DNA of 50,638 bases from positions 1-50,638 of the IMG/VR virus record IMGVR_UViG_3300045922_000571, one strand, 5' to 3'. The DNA comes from a virus. Its lineage: Duplodnaviria > Caudoviricetes. Positions 7,559-17,300 of the stretch are shown in pieces. The notes under the pieces were generated by a model. The model worked only from the letters and a program-made list of their open reading frames with translations. It had not been told where the DNA came from and did no database searches. How positions within the stretch are numbered: the stretch's first letter is position 1; each line of letters opens with the position of its first letter. The position numbers were made by a program, and so were the translations under genes.

Positions 7559-7842
7559 CGCCGCGGCAGTCGCCGCGTCTCGAAGAGCAGATCAAGATCG
7601 TCCGTGCGCTGTTGGCGCTGCGCCGGGCCGGGCGCATTCCGGCGATCTGGGTCGAGCAAGGGCGCATCTCGGTCGACATGGGCTATGGCACGCAGCAGCG
7701 GATTACCTGGCAGCAGGCCGCGCGCCTCGCCGCCGGAGAGCCGTTCGACCAGGTCTGCCCCGCCGATCTGCCCGTGCCGAAGCCGCTCGCCCGGCGCCCC
7801 GTCCCGATCCGCAGAGCCGGCAACGGGAGGAGAGTCGCATGA
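7555..7842 (+). CDS. Hypothetical protein
   Basis: GTGA overlap with the rep stop and a GGAGG RBS. Confidence 0.65.
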   Translation: MTPRQSPRLEEQIKIVRALLALRRAGRIPAIWVEQGRISVDMGYGTQQRITWQQAARLAAGEPFDQVCPADLPVPKPLARRPVPIRRAGNGRRVA

Positions 7843-8036
7843 AGCCGCAGATCTACCTGGCGCCCGACGGCGTGCTCGACGTGATGCTCGACGGGCTTCT
7901 GGTCGGCTCGATCCGGCTCAAGCCCTACGCGATCGAGGTCACCCTCGAAGCCCAGGGCTTCGACGTCCAGGTGTCGGCCAACGGCGGAATCACGGCGCTG
8001 TTCCGGCTGCGGCCAGCGGCGGAGGAGGAGAAATAG
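7839..8036 (+). CDS. Hypothetical protein
   Basis: GGAGG RBS and ATGA overlap. Confidence 0.65.
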   Translation: MKPQIYLAPDGVLDVMLDGLLVGSIRLKPYAIEVTLEAQGFDVQVSANGGITALFRLRPAAEEEK

Positions 8037-8038
8037 CG

Positions 8039-8476
8039 ATGCCGATACGGCCCGAGTGGCGCCGCTTCTACGGCCGGGAATGGCGCGAGCAGGTGCGCGC
8101 GCGCATACTGGCGCGCGCCGGCGGCCAGTGCGAGCGCTGCGGCAAGCCTGACCGCCGCATCGTCTGGACGGCCAGCGGCCGGCGCGCTGACGGCGAGCAC
8201 TGGATGTGCTGGCGCTTGTCGCGCTATGAGCCGTGGCGCGACCAGCGCGGCAGAACCCTTCCGGCTGGGGCGCCGCCGCCCGGCCGGAGCCGCCGCGTGC
8301 GCGTCATCCTCACGGTCGCGCACCTCAACCATGACCCGCGCGACAACCGCGACACGAATCTCGCGGCGCTGTGCCAGTGGTGCCACCTGAACTACGATCG
8401 GCCGCATCACCGCGCCACGCGCGCGGCGCGCAAGGACGCGGCGCGGCCGCTGCTCACGCTGGGAGGCGTTCGATGA
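8039..8476 (+). CDS. HNH-family endonuclease
   Basis: MPIRPE...CERCG...ILTVAHLNHDPRDNRDTNLAALCQWCHLNYD. Confidence 0.85.
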   Translation: MPIRPEWRRFYGREWREQVRARILARAGGQCERCGKPDRRIVWTASGRRADGEHWMCWRLSRYEPWRDQRGRTLPAGAPPPGRSRRVRVILTVAHLNHDPRDNRDTNLAALCQWCHLNYDRPHHRATRAARKDAARPLLTLGGVR

Positions 8477-8679
8477 GAGTGTGCCGCATCTGCGGATGCA
8501 CGGACGAAGTGCCGTGCTTGGTCTACGACGTCGATCACGGCTTCGACCGCCCGTGCTGGTGGTTCGAGCCGGATCTGTGTTCTGTCTGCGCCGGCGTCGA
8601 CGGCGCAGACCTGATCGCACAACGAGGAGGAATCAGATGGGAGAAGTTCGAGAACTCGATGAGAGATCCGCGCCGGTAG
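8473..8679 (+). CDS. Cys-rich zinc-finger-like phage protein
   Basis: CRICGCT...PC...PCWW...DLCSVC; GGAGG RBS. Confidence 0.7.
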   Translation: MRVCRICGCTDEVPCLVYDVDHGFDRPCWWFEPDLCSVCAGVDGADLIAQRGGIRWEKFENSMRDPRR

Positions 8680-8807
8680 TGATCCCGGAAGGGTGTTTCC
8701 CGAGACCGGACACCGACGGCGGAGAAACGATTCGTGAAAGGCCGCCGGCGCTTCCGGGAGGCTGCTTTCCGCGAGATGCGTCCACCCAAGGAGGGCTCGA
8801 GCAATGA
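8637..8807 (+). CDS. 56-aa peptide with a duplicated P(E/G)GCFPR motif
   Basis: GAGGAGG RBS; MGEVRELDERSAPVVIPEGCFPRPDTDGGETIRERPPALPGGCFPRDASTQGGLEQ; ATGA-coupled to the next gene. Confidence 0.6.
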   Translation: MGEVRELDERSAPVVIPEGCFPRPDTDGGETIRERPPALPGGCFPRDASTQGGLEQ

Positions 8808-9142
8808 TGCGCGTCTACCCAGAGGACCTGCGCCGCCAAGTGCTCGACGCCGTGCGCGCGGCGCCGCAGAGCGTCAACGCGATCGCGAAAGCCTACGGAA
8901 TCGGCTCGCCATCGACCATCGTCCGCTGGGCGCGCCAAGCCGGAATCCGCTTACCGGACGCGCGTGAGCGGATGCGGTTCGGCGCAACCGAAGGAGCGCG
9001 CCGGCGCTGGGGCGACTTCGAGCGCCGCCGGCGAAAGGCGCAGGCGCTCCGCCAGCGCGGCGCGATGCTCGCTCAGATCGCCCAGCAGCTCGGCTACAGA
9101 TCGACTGCTGGCGCCTATTACGCTGCCAGGAGGAAAAAATGA
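8804..9142 (+). CDS. Double-HTH DNA-binding protein
   Basis: YPEDLRRQVLDAV...VNAIAKAYGIGSPSTIVRW, plus a second motif LRQRGAMLAQIAQQLGY. Confidence 0.75.
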   Translation: MMRVYPEDLRRQVLDAVRAAPQSVNAIAKAYGIGSPSTIVRWARQAGIRLPDARERMRFGATEGARRRWGDFERRRRKAQALRQRGAMLAQIAQQLGYRSTAGAYYAARRKK

Positions 9143-9486
9143 AATATCTACTCAACTCGGCCGTCATAACCGGCCCTGGAACATACCGCTATCGTCTGAT
9201 CAGCCACGAGGAAGCCAGAGACTGGATTCGGCGCAATGCCGGCGCGGTCGAATCTCGCATAGGATACGCCCAGACGGCCGAATATATCCGCAGGGAATTG
9301 GGCTTCGACTGCCCGATCTCGCGCGAGGCGATCACGATGAACCCCGGCGACGAAGCCCTGGTTGTGCGGCTGCGCTATCGGCTCGACGATCCGGGCCTCA
9401 AGAGCCAGCAGCCGACGTTTCCACCCGATGCCTGGGAAATCGGGCTGCTGGAATGTTCTCTGGACCTGGACAACAAGGAGGGATAA
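9139..9486 (+). CDS. DUF1874 / STIV B116 / YddF-like (AcrIII-1 ring nuclease family) protein
   Basis: LLNSAVITGPGTY...IS.EEA...SRIGYAQTAE...LG...SR..I.M.PGDEALVVRL.YR follows the recalled YddF/B116 pattern along the whole 115 aa. Confidence 0.78.
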   Translation: MKYLLNSAVITGPGTYRYRLISHEEARDWIRRNAGAVESRIGYAQTAEYIRRELGFDCPISREAITMNPGDEALVVRLRYRLDDPGLKSQQPTFPPDAWEIGLLECSLDLDNKEG

Positions 9487-9840
9487 ATGCCAGCAGTGTA
9501 TAGTTACTCCGTCAGGATCGAGCAAGGCGCCAGCCTCTCGGCCGCGGTAGTCATCGACGGCCTTGTGCCGGTGCGCATTCAGACGCCGGCGGCGATCGAC
9601 GGTACGGTGATGACGTTCGAGGCTTCGAGCGACGGCCAGAACTTCGCTCAGCTCTGGGACCCGGTCGGCCCCGGCGCCGAATACCAGATCGCGATCGGCG
9701 CGTCGAAGTCGATTTCGCTCAGAGCGAGCGACTTCATGGGTGTGCGCGCCATCAAACTGCGCACGGGGACGTCCGGCTCGCCGACGGCGCAGAGCGCGGC
9801 GCGTGTTCTGACGCTGGTGTGTGCCCAGTTGACGCCATGA
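9487..9840 (+). CDS. Beta-sandwich virion-accessory-like protein
   Basis: I..GASLSAAV...P.A.....TF.AS.DG..F...IKLRTGT...P..Q.AAR.LTL, a pattern I recall from phage structural accessory proteins. Confidence 0.6.
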   Translation: MPAVYSYSVRIEQGASLSAAVVIDGLVPVRIQTPAAIDGTVMTFEASSDGQNFAQLWDPVGPGAEYQIAIGASKSISLRASDFMGVRAIKLRTGTSGSPTAQSAARVLTLVCAQLTP

Positions 9841-10559
9841 CGCCGGCAAACGCGACGCCACTGGCAGCCATCGAACCCTACCCGCGCTTGCCACGCGCGG
9901 GCTTGGTGGCGCTCTGGGACATGCGGCAACTGTCTGGCAACCAGGTCGTAGACGGTTCTGGGAACAACCGCCCGCTGACGCTTCCGGCGGCCCCGAACCA
10001 GCCCACTCCCGTGGCCGAAGGCCTCTCGTTCGACGGCAACGACTACGCCGACAGCGGCCTGACGCAGCTCGGCCCGGTCAAATTCTGGCCGCCAGACGGC
10101 CAGCCGTGGACGGTAGCGGCGCTCGCGCGCGCCCTCCACGGCGCAACCAACAGCACGATCTTGGCGAAGGCCTCCACCGGAACGGCCTATCAGTTCGGGA
10201 TCGCGGCAGCGACGGACCAGCGCCTGCGCATCAACCTGCGCGGGCTGTCCAACAACTTTGCCGCCAGCGATCAGGTCTGGCACCTGATCGCCTGCTACTA
10301 CACCGGCGCGGCCGCATATGGCGTGCTCGATCCCTTCCGGCAGCATTCGCTGCTGGGCATCGGCACCGGCCCGGAAGCCACCACGGAGCGCGTCATCGTC
10401 GGAGCGCGCCTCAACGGCACGGACAGCTTCTTGCTCGCCGGATCGAAAGTCGCCTGGATTGGGGTCTGGCAGCGGGCGCTCAGACCCAGGGAGTTTCGCG
10501 AGTTATTCGAGTACCTGGTGCGCAGCTTCGCCGGCAGCGGAGTGCGCATCGGGCAATGA
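9837..10559 (+). CDS. LamG/concanavalin-A-like domain protein
   Basis: GLVALWDM...VVDGSGNNR...LSFDGNDY...WT...WHLIACYY...IGVWQRAL. Confidence 0.75.
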   Translation: MTPANATPLAAIEPYPRLPRAGLVALWDMRQLSGNQVVDGSGNNRPLTLPAAPNQPTPVAEGLSFDGNDYADSGLTQLGPVKFWPPDGQPWTVAALARALHGATNSTILAKASTGTAYQFGIAAATDQRLRINLRGLSNNFAASDQVWHLIACYYTGAAAYGVLDPFRQHSLLGIGTGPEATTERVIVGARLNGTDSFLLAGSKVAWIGVWQRALRPREFRELFEYLVRSFAGSGVRIGQ

Positions 10560-10573
10560 AAGGAGACGGAAAG

Positions 10574-10720
10574 ATGGAACTGCTCGGTTGGATGCTATTG
10601 TTCGGGGTCGCAGCCGCAGCGGTGGTATTCACTGCCCTGCTCATCTGGAGAGTTTTCGAGATGCGGCGCGAGCGGCGCGAAATGCGCGAACTGCGCGCGA
10701 TCGTCCGCAGGTACGAGTGA
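10574..10720 (+). CDS. Small single-pass membrane protein
   Basis: Hydrophobic N-terminus (LLGWMLLFGVAAAAVVFTALLIW) and a basic tail. Confidence 0.6.
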   Translation: MELLGWMLLFGVAAAAVVFTALLIWRVFEMRRERREMRELRAIVRRYE

Positions 10721-11061
10721 TGTTCGAATCAGGCAGGATCATGACCTGCCTGATCTGCGGCCGCAAGGAGCGAGCCGACGGCCCGGCGGGAACCTCGTGG
10801 CGGGCCATTACGCTCGGTGACCCCGAGCCGTACTATCTCTGCCCGCTAGAGCTGCCCGAAGGCGGCCGCGGCGCCGAGGACTTCGCCCTCGCCTACCAGA
10901 TCATCATCCTCGCGATCGTCATCAAGCGCGAGGGCGGTCTGCTGATGGCAAGCCCGCTCGGCCCCTGGATTGCGGCGCGGCGGACGGGCAAGGTGCCCCG
11001 CTACTCCTACGACGCCTTCCTGCGCTTCCTCCCCACCCTGATCGGCTCAGGGCTGAACTAG
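10720..11061 (+). CDS. Hypothetical protein (CxxC...C)
   Basis: TGATG overlap with the upstream gene; last gene of the plus-strand operon. Confidence 0.6.
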   Translation: MFESGRIMTCLICGRKERADGPAGTSWRAITLGDPEPYYLCPLELPEGGRGAEDFALAYQIIILAIVIKREGGLLMASPLGPWIAARRTGKVPRYSYDAFLRFLPTLIGSGLN

Positions 11062-11099
11062 CCCCCGCCCGGAAGCCCGAGCCACACGCCCCAAATACC

Positions 11100-11330
11100 C
11101 GCCGTCTGCCCCCGAATTTAAGGCGAATAGCAGGCGAACAAAATTGGGGTGCAGAGAAAGGAAATATTGCGTGTACATCAACAAATTTGTTGCGTGTACA
11201 TCAACTCGCATCATTATTTAAAACAAAGAAGTACAAAGAAGCGACGACGCCGACCTTCCTCTCCGGCGAAATACGCCTCCGAGGAAGGTCGTCGTCGTCG
11301 TACGACCGACGACGACGACGCGCCACGGCG
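11100..11330. promoter_or_regulatory. AT-rich intergenic region with iteron-like repeats and hairpins; candidate replication origin
   Basis: TTGCGTGTACATCAAC at 11167-11182 and 11190-11205; AT-rich tract at about 11210-11240; long inverted repeats at 11242-11319; lies between convergent operons. Confidence 0.6.
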
Positions 11331-11387
11331 GACCGCTACAGCGGGAACGTGGACGCCGGCGAACTGAGAAGGGTGAGGAGTGTGGGA

Positions 11388-14300
11388 CTACTGCGGGCCT
11401 TCGACCAGCCGCTGGACGACTGGCCCGAGCGGCGCATGGCGGTAGGCGAGCCGCTTCCAGGCCTCAGCATCTCCAGGCTGCGTCAGGACGGTCTGCATCA
11501 CATCGGCGGCCATGCCAGCCGACGGCCCGAAGACGAATTCGAGCGGCTTGCGGCGCTCGGCGGACTCGATCATGTCCCAGACGATGCCGAGCGAACCCAC
11601 CGCTGCTGCGTCCTCGAGCCAGCGCCGCAGGCCTTCCGCATCGCGCTCCCGGCCCGTGATCAGGTTGCGTAGCGCCAGGATTGCCTCTCCGGTCAGCGGG
11701 AACAGCACCGAAAGGATGAACAGGTTCCGGAAGGCGCGGCCGAACTCGCCGCGGCGAGCCTCTTCGACGAGGCTCCTGTAGAGCAAGCGGGTTTGGCCGT
11801 AAATGAACGTCTTGAACTGGAAGAAGACCTTGCCCCAGTTCGTCGACGCCCATGCGGGGTGGTCTTGCGGCCGCGAGCGGAACTGCGTCAGGTCCGAGAA
11901 CCGCTTGGCCGCCATCAAGACCTCGTCGGCGGTGAGGCGCCGCCGCGCCAGAGCAGCATCCGGGTCGATGCCCAGCTCAAGCAGCGCCCGGCGCGCCCGC
12001 GCGTTCCGCGGGTTGCGCACCAGTTTCGCCAGCAGGCGCTCGGCGTACACAGCGCCCACATTGGCCGCCACAATCCGGTTCGCGCGTTCCGTCGCCGAAA
12101 AGCCGACAGCCTTGAGATAGCGCTCAAAGGCGCGCACCGAGCCGGCCAGTTCGCGGATCGGCTCGTGGAGCACAGGGTCGATCGTTGCGCCCGACTCGAC
12201 GGCGAGGCGCCGCCCCGGCTTGCCCAGCGCGGCCCGGATGCCCATCGCGAGCGCTGGAAAATCCGCGGCGAGCAGGCTGTTGAGCACGCCCTGAGTAGCG
12301 TTCGGGATCGCCGCCAGCCCGAGCTTCGCGGTTTGCAGGGCGCGCAGCCAGCGGCTGGCGCGCTCCATGTTCGAGTCGGCAGCGTTCGCCTGCCCGAGGA
12401 TGCGCCGCACCGCCTGATCGACCCAGTCCGCATTGCCGCCAGCGTCGGCGATGCGCCGGATGAGGCGCGCAACGACCTGGTTGTCCTGCCCCAGCTCCGC
12501 GATCTGCGCCAAGCGGATCGAAGCGCTCGCCACGTGCGTCGGCAGCACGCGCGCCGGGTCGGGGTCGTAGAACGGCAAGTCGATCTCGCGCGCGTATTCG
12601 AGCGAGCCGTGGCGGTGCATCTGCGCCCGGAACCGCAGTAGCTTCTGTAGCGCCTCATCGCGCGAGCGGGCCTGTCTGGTGCGCATCAGATACTCGATCA
12701 GCTTTTGCCGGCGTCCGCCCGTCTCGATGAAAGCGATGTACTCGTCCAGCAGCAGACTTGCGTGCTTAGCGTCCGGCTCGACCTTGAGGCGCACCAGATT
12801 CTCGATGACGTCGCGGCGCACCGGGCCGCTCCGCAAGGCGTCGATGTGACGGATCACGTGCGGGTAGTAGTCGCTCCGCCGGGCGAATAGCCGCCGCTGG
12901 CCCTCGGTGTTGCGGACGAGCACCTCCAGGTCTTCGGCTTCGTCCGCCAGCTCGTCGGTGATTTGCCGGATGACGCGGTAAGCCTGTTGGACCTGGTCGT
13001 CCATCGCATCGTCGCGGCCCTCGAGCACGTCGAGCAGGTTCCAGCGCTGCTCTCTGCTGAGCTGCGCCAAGCCCGAGTCGCCGAGGCGCAGCAGGCGCTT
13101 TCCGGCGGAGACTTCGCCCCAATCGTTTGCGCGGCGCAAGGCGTCCATCAGCGCCTTGCCGGCGCCGCCGCCCTGGCGCTCCAGGCGGACGTCGAGCGGC
13201 AGGAAGACCTCTTCGAGGAGCGCCGCAACGGCGCTGCGCCGTGCCCGGGCGCCTACTTCGCTCCGGATGCCGCGCGCCAGGCGCTGCGCATGCTCGGCGA
13301 GTGCGGTGAGCGCCTCGATCTCGATGCGGGACTGCCCCGAAGTGTCTCGCCACAGGCGCTTGGCCTCAAAGTACAGCCGCACCAACTGCCGCCGCACCGC
13401 CTCTCCGAAGCGCGCCAGCATCCGCTTGGACCACTCCGAGAACTTGACGATGCCGTCGCGGATGAGCTGCGCGCCGAACAGCAGGAAGTCCACAGTCGCC
13501 GCGCCACGCTCCCCGCCTTCCATGCCGCTTTCCGGTTCGGTTTCCATCCCCCGGCTCAGCTCGGCGGGGAATTCCTCGAGGATGCGCTTGAGGACTTGGA
13601 AGCCTTCGTCGTTGCTCGTGATGTAGTAGATCGGCACGACACCGCGCTCGTAGCGCACGCCGAGTTCGCGGAGCCGTCCGGTGTAGGCGCCAGGGTGGAC
13701 CTGGATCACCGTATTGCGTGCGACGCGCCCTCTGGTCAGGCGCACGCCGTTGGCGAGCTGATAGGGCGTGCCGTTGGAGAGCACGTCGTTCCAGACCTGC
13801 TGGGGTGTGATGCTGCGGCCCTGGGAGATCGCGGCGATCAGGTTCTGGAGCTGCGTCGGGTAGACTTCGACGCCGACGATGCGTTCGCCGCTTTCGCTGT
13901 CCTGGACGGCGTAAATGCCTCTGACGCCGGCGTCCTGAATGCGGCCCCACCAGCGCAGCACAGTGCCGCCGAGCAGGTCATGGCGCTCCGGCCGGAATTC
14001 GGGGATCGATTCGTAGGCCTTCTGCCAGAAGATTCTGGCGGCCTGCTCGCCCTCGGCGCCCTCGAACTGCTCAAGCTTGGCCTTCGCGATCGCCTCTTTC
14101 TCGCGGGCCCGTTCGATTTTGTCCTCGTAGTAAGCCTTGTCGAGCCGATCAACCGCGTCAGCCTTTTGCCGTTCGTACCGCTCGATGGTCTCTTTGTAGA
14201 ACGACAGTTCGGACTTCAGGTCATTGAGGTACTGAGCCAAGCTCTTGCGGTAAAAGCTCGCCTGTGGGACCTTGGTGCGCGCCCGGTCGGGGCGGACGAC

Positions 14301-17300
14301 ATAGTGCGCCGGTTCGACTCGTCCGTCGGCGTGCACGATATCGGGCGCGGGGAAAGCGTAGGCGATCTCATCGGGCTTGCCGCCCCGGCCCTCCGTGATG
14401 TAGAAATTCCCCTGTTTGGCGTGAGCCTGGATGATGGGCTGGAGCTGGTCGAACGAGATCCGCTCCGTTCGCACCTGCGTCTCGACGACGTAGTGGATGG
14501 TCTCTGCGCCCGTCTGATCGTCCACGGCAAGCACTTGCTTGCTGAGGATGCGCGGGCGCTCGCCGTGTAACTGCCGGACGCCCACATCGAGCGTCCCGTC
14601 TTCGATAGCCTTCTGTACGGCCTGTTCAAACAGGTCGTAGTAGATGTTGTAGGCCGTGTTTTGCACGTCCGGGTCGAGCGCGAGCAGACGGTTCAGCAGC
14701 CGGTTGACGTTGCGCCGGTCCTGGTCTTCGACATAGACCTGGCCGTCGCGCGTTCGCAGAACTCCCATCTGCGAGAGGACGTCGTGTCCGGTGAGTTCCG
14801 GCGCGATCAGCCGGTTGCGCAGCATGTAGGCGTAGAAAGCGTCTGCGGCCTGTTCGCCCTGGTCGGACTGGAAGTTCACCTTGGCGATGAGGTCGGCGTT
14901 GGCGCCGGCCGCTTCGCGGCTCCCCTTGGTGAGTGCGCCGAGCGAGCCGAGCCGGCGCGCGATGGTGGAGATGAACCGCTTTTCCCCGCCCAGGTCGGAA
15001 ACCACCATCAGGTACTCGGGAGCATGCGCCTGATTGGTGCGGTGCGTGCGGCCGAGCATCTGCATCGCCTTGTCGGCTTCCCAGCCGACTTGCAGCGTGA
15101 TATGCAGGCGCTTCTGGCGGTTCGGCTTGGTGTTGTCGGCATGCAGTGAGATGCCAGTCGAAGCGGCGTTGGAGATGATAGCGACGCGCTTCTTGCCTTC
15201 CTGGAAGGCGGCCGCTTCGGCGATGTTGACCTTCTGGCGCGCCATCCCCTTCTCGCCGCGCGGCACGAACTTGCCCGTTGCCGGGTCGTAGCGCTCTTTC
15301 CGTCCGGTCAGTTCGGCTACTTGCGCGGGACCTCCCAGCGCTTCGATCAGCTCATCGAGGGGATTCTTGGGAAGCGCCAGCTCCTGCCTGAGCTTCGCCA
15401 GCAGTTCATCGCGCAGGCGCTCGGCCTCCGGATTGATCACCGGATTGCCCGCTTCGTCTACGAGCGGCACGCGAACCGGCTTGCCGGTGGCCGGGTCGAG
15501 CTGGACCTCCCACTGCTGGACGGGGAAATGCTGCTGGATCAGGGTGATTAGGATATCCTTCGGCCCGAAATCCAGGTCGTCGCTCTCTTCCGTTCCCTCG
15601 CCTTCCTCTTCGGCGGCCTTGCGGCGGGCCTTCTCCCGCTCCTGCGCCGCCTCATTGGTGTTGATCAGCGAGATCACCACCGAGTAGCCCTGGGCCAGCG
15701 CCTGATGGGCGTGCTCGACAGCGGTCGGGATCTTCATGGCGGTCAGCAGCAGGTTGAAGAACCGCTGCTGCGCGCCAAAGAACTGGCTCATGAAGTTTGC
15801 CCGGCCGCGTGGGCCTGTTTCGGTAACCTGTAGCCCTTGCTCGACCCACTTCATGACCTCGCGCCAAGCCGCGGCTGCGTTGCGGTAGATCGCCTTCTGG
15901 TCTTCGTTGAGCGGATGGACGGCGTCTTCGCGCAGGACGACGCCCTTGTAGGAGATGGTGCGCGAGATGTAGCGGCCGCGGATCTTCAGCTCGCGCGCCA
16001 GCAGCTCCATTGCGCTCATGCCACCGCGCGAGAGCTGAAGCTGAAACTCGCTGAAGCCGTGCGGGAACGGAGTGCGCGGCCCCCATAGGCCCAGGCGCGA
16101 CAGGTAGCCCATATTCGACAGCTCGCTGGCGGCCGTGGCCGACAGGAATGTCGTGCGCGACCGCGGCACTTGCTCCAGCAGCTTTCTGACGGCCTTGCCG
16201 GTGTCAGAGGGCTGCTGCCGCCCGCTGGGGATGGCGTTCTTCAGGTTGTGCGACTCGTCGAACAGCACTACGGCGCCTTCGCCGTCGTCTTGGCCGCGCA
16301 CGTAGTCGATGATCTGGTCGATGCGCGCGCGCTCCTTGCGGTCGCGCGAGCGCAGGAACGAGTACGGGGCAAACAGAACGCCTTCGTGCTGGATGGGGAC
16401 CCCGTAGGGGAACTTGTCGGCGCGCTTGATGGTCGAAGCCAGGTAGCTGTGGCCGAGATCGTTCAGGTCGCGCTGCGCATCTTCGATCAGCCGCCAGTTG
16501 TCGCTGACCCAGATGATGCGCCGGCGGCCTTGATTCCAGTTGTCGAGGGCGATGCCGGCGATGATGCGCCCCTTGCCCACGCCCGTGCCGTCGCCAATCA
16601 GGGCCGCTGCGCGGCTGCCGTCAGGCAGGATCGTCTCGTTGGCCTGTCCGGCGAGCACAATCGCTTCCATCTGGGCGGAGGACAGCGCCCCGGAATCGAG
16701 CAGCTCCTGCGGCAGCGCGGGCTGGTACGTCAGTGGCGGCAGCTTGACGGTCGCCATCGCCTGCGTCTCGACCAGCACCCCTTTGTGCGGCGATCCCTGG
16801 ATGGAGGGCCGGTAGATGACGAACGCGCCTGCGTCCGGCTCCGGATCGACCGCCACCGGAGCCGGGATGATCTTGACCCGGTTCTCCGGGATCTCTTCCT
16901 CGGGCGGCGTCGGTTCGGCAGTGACGCCGTAGCGCGCCGCTACCTTCGCTGCGTAGCGGTGAATCTCGCGCAGGATCGAGGCGACAGTGCGCTTGGTCTC
17001 GGCGGCGAAGTGCTTGAGGATGTCCCCTGCCTCGGCGAGCATCCGCTCGCTCCAGGCCTGGAACTGCACTGCGCCTTTGACGATGTAGTTGGCGCCGATG
17101 GTCACGGCATCGATCAGGTCTTGCGGATCGATGCCGCTCTGGAGCTGCTGGCCGCGAATCTTGGCGCGCAGGCGCGCTGCGGCTTCTTGGGCAGCCTTGT
17201 CAAGCTTGCTGAGCGCCTCCGAACTCGCTTTGGGCTTAGCGCCCGGCTGCGTCTTGATCGGCGGCGGCTGCGTCACAAAACGCGGCGTCGCCGGCGCCGG

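Noticed and set aside
8804-9142. IS transposase
   Set aside because: Only a transposase-like N-terminal HTH is present, with no DDE domain or terminal inverted repeats.
11149-11367. 72-aa ORF as a functional gene
   Set aside because: No RBS, and it is composed of the repeat and hairpin sequences; treated as an origin-like or relic region.
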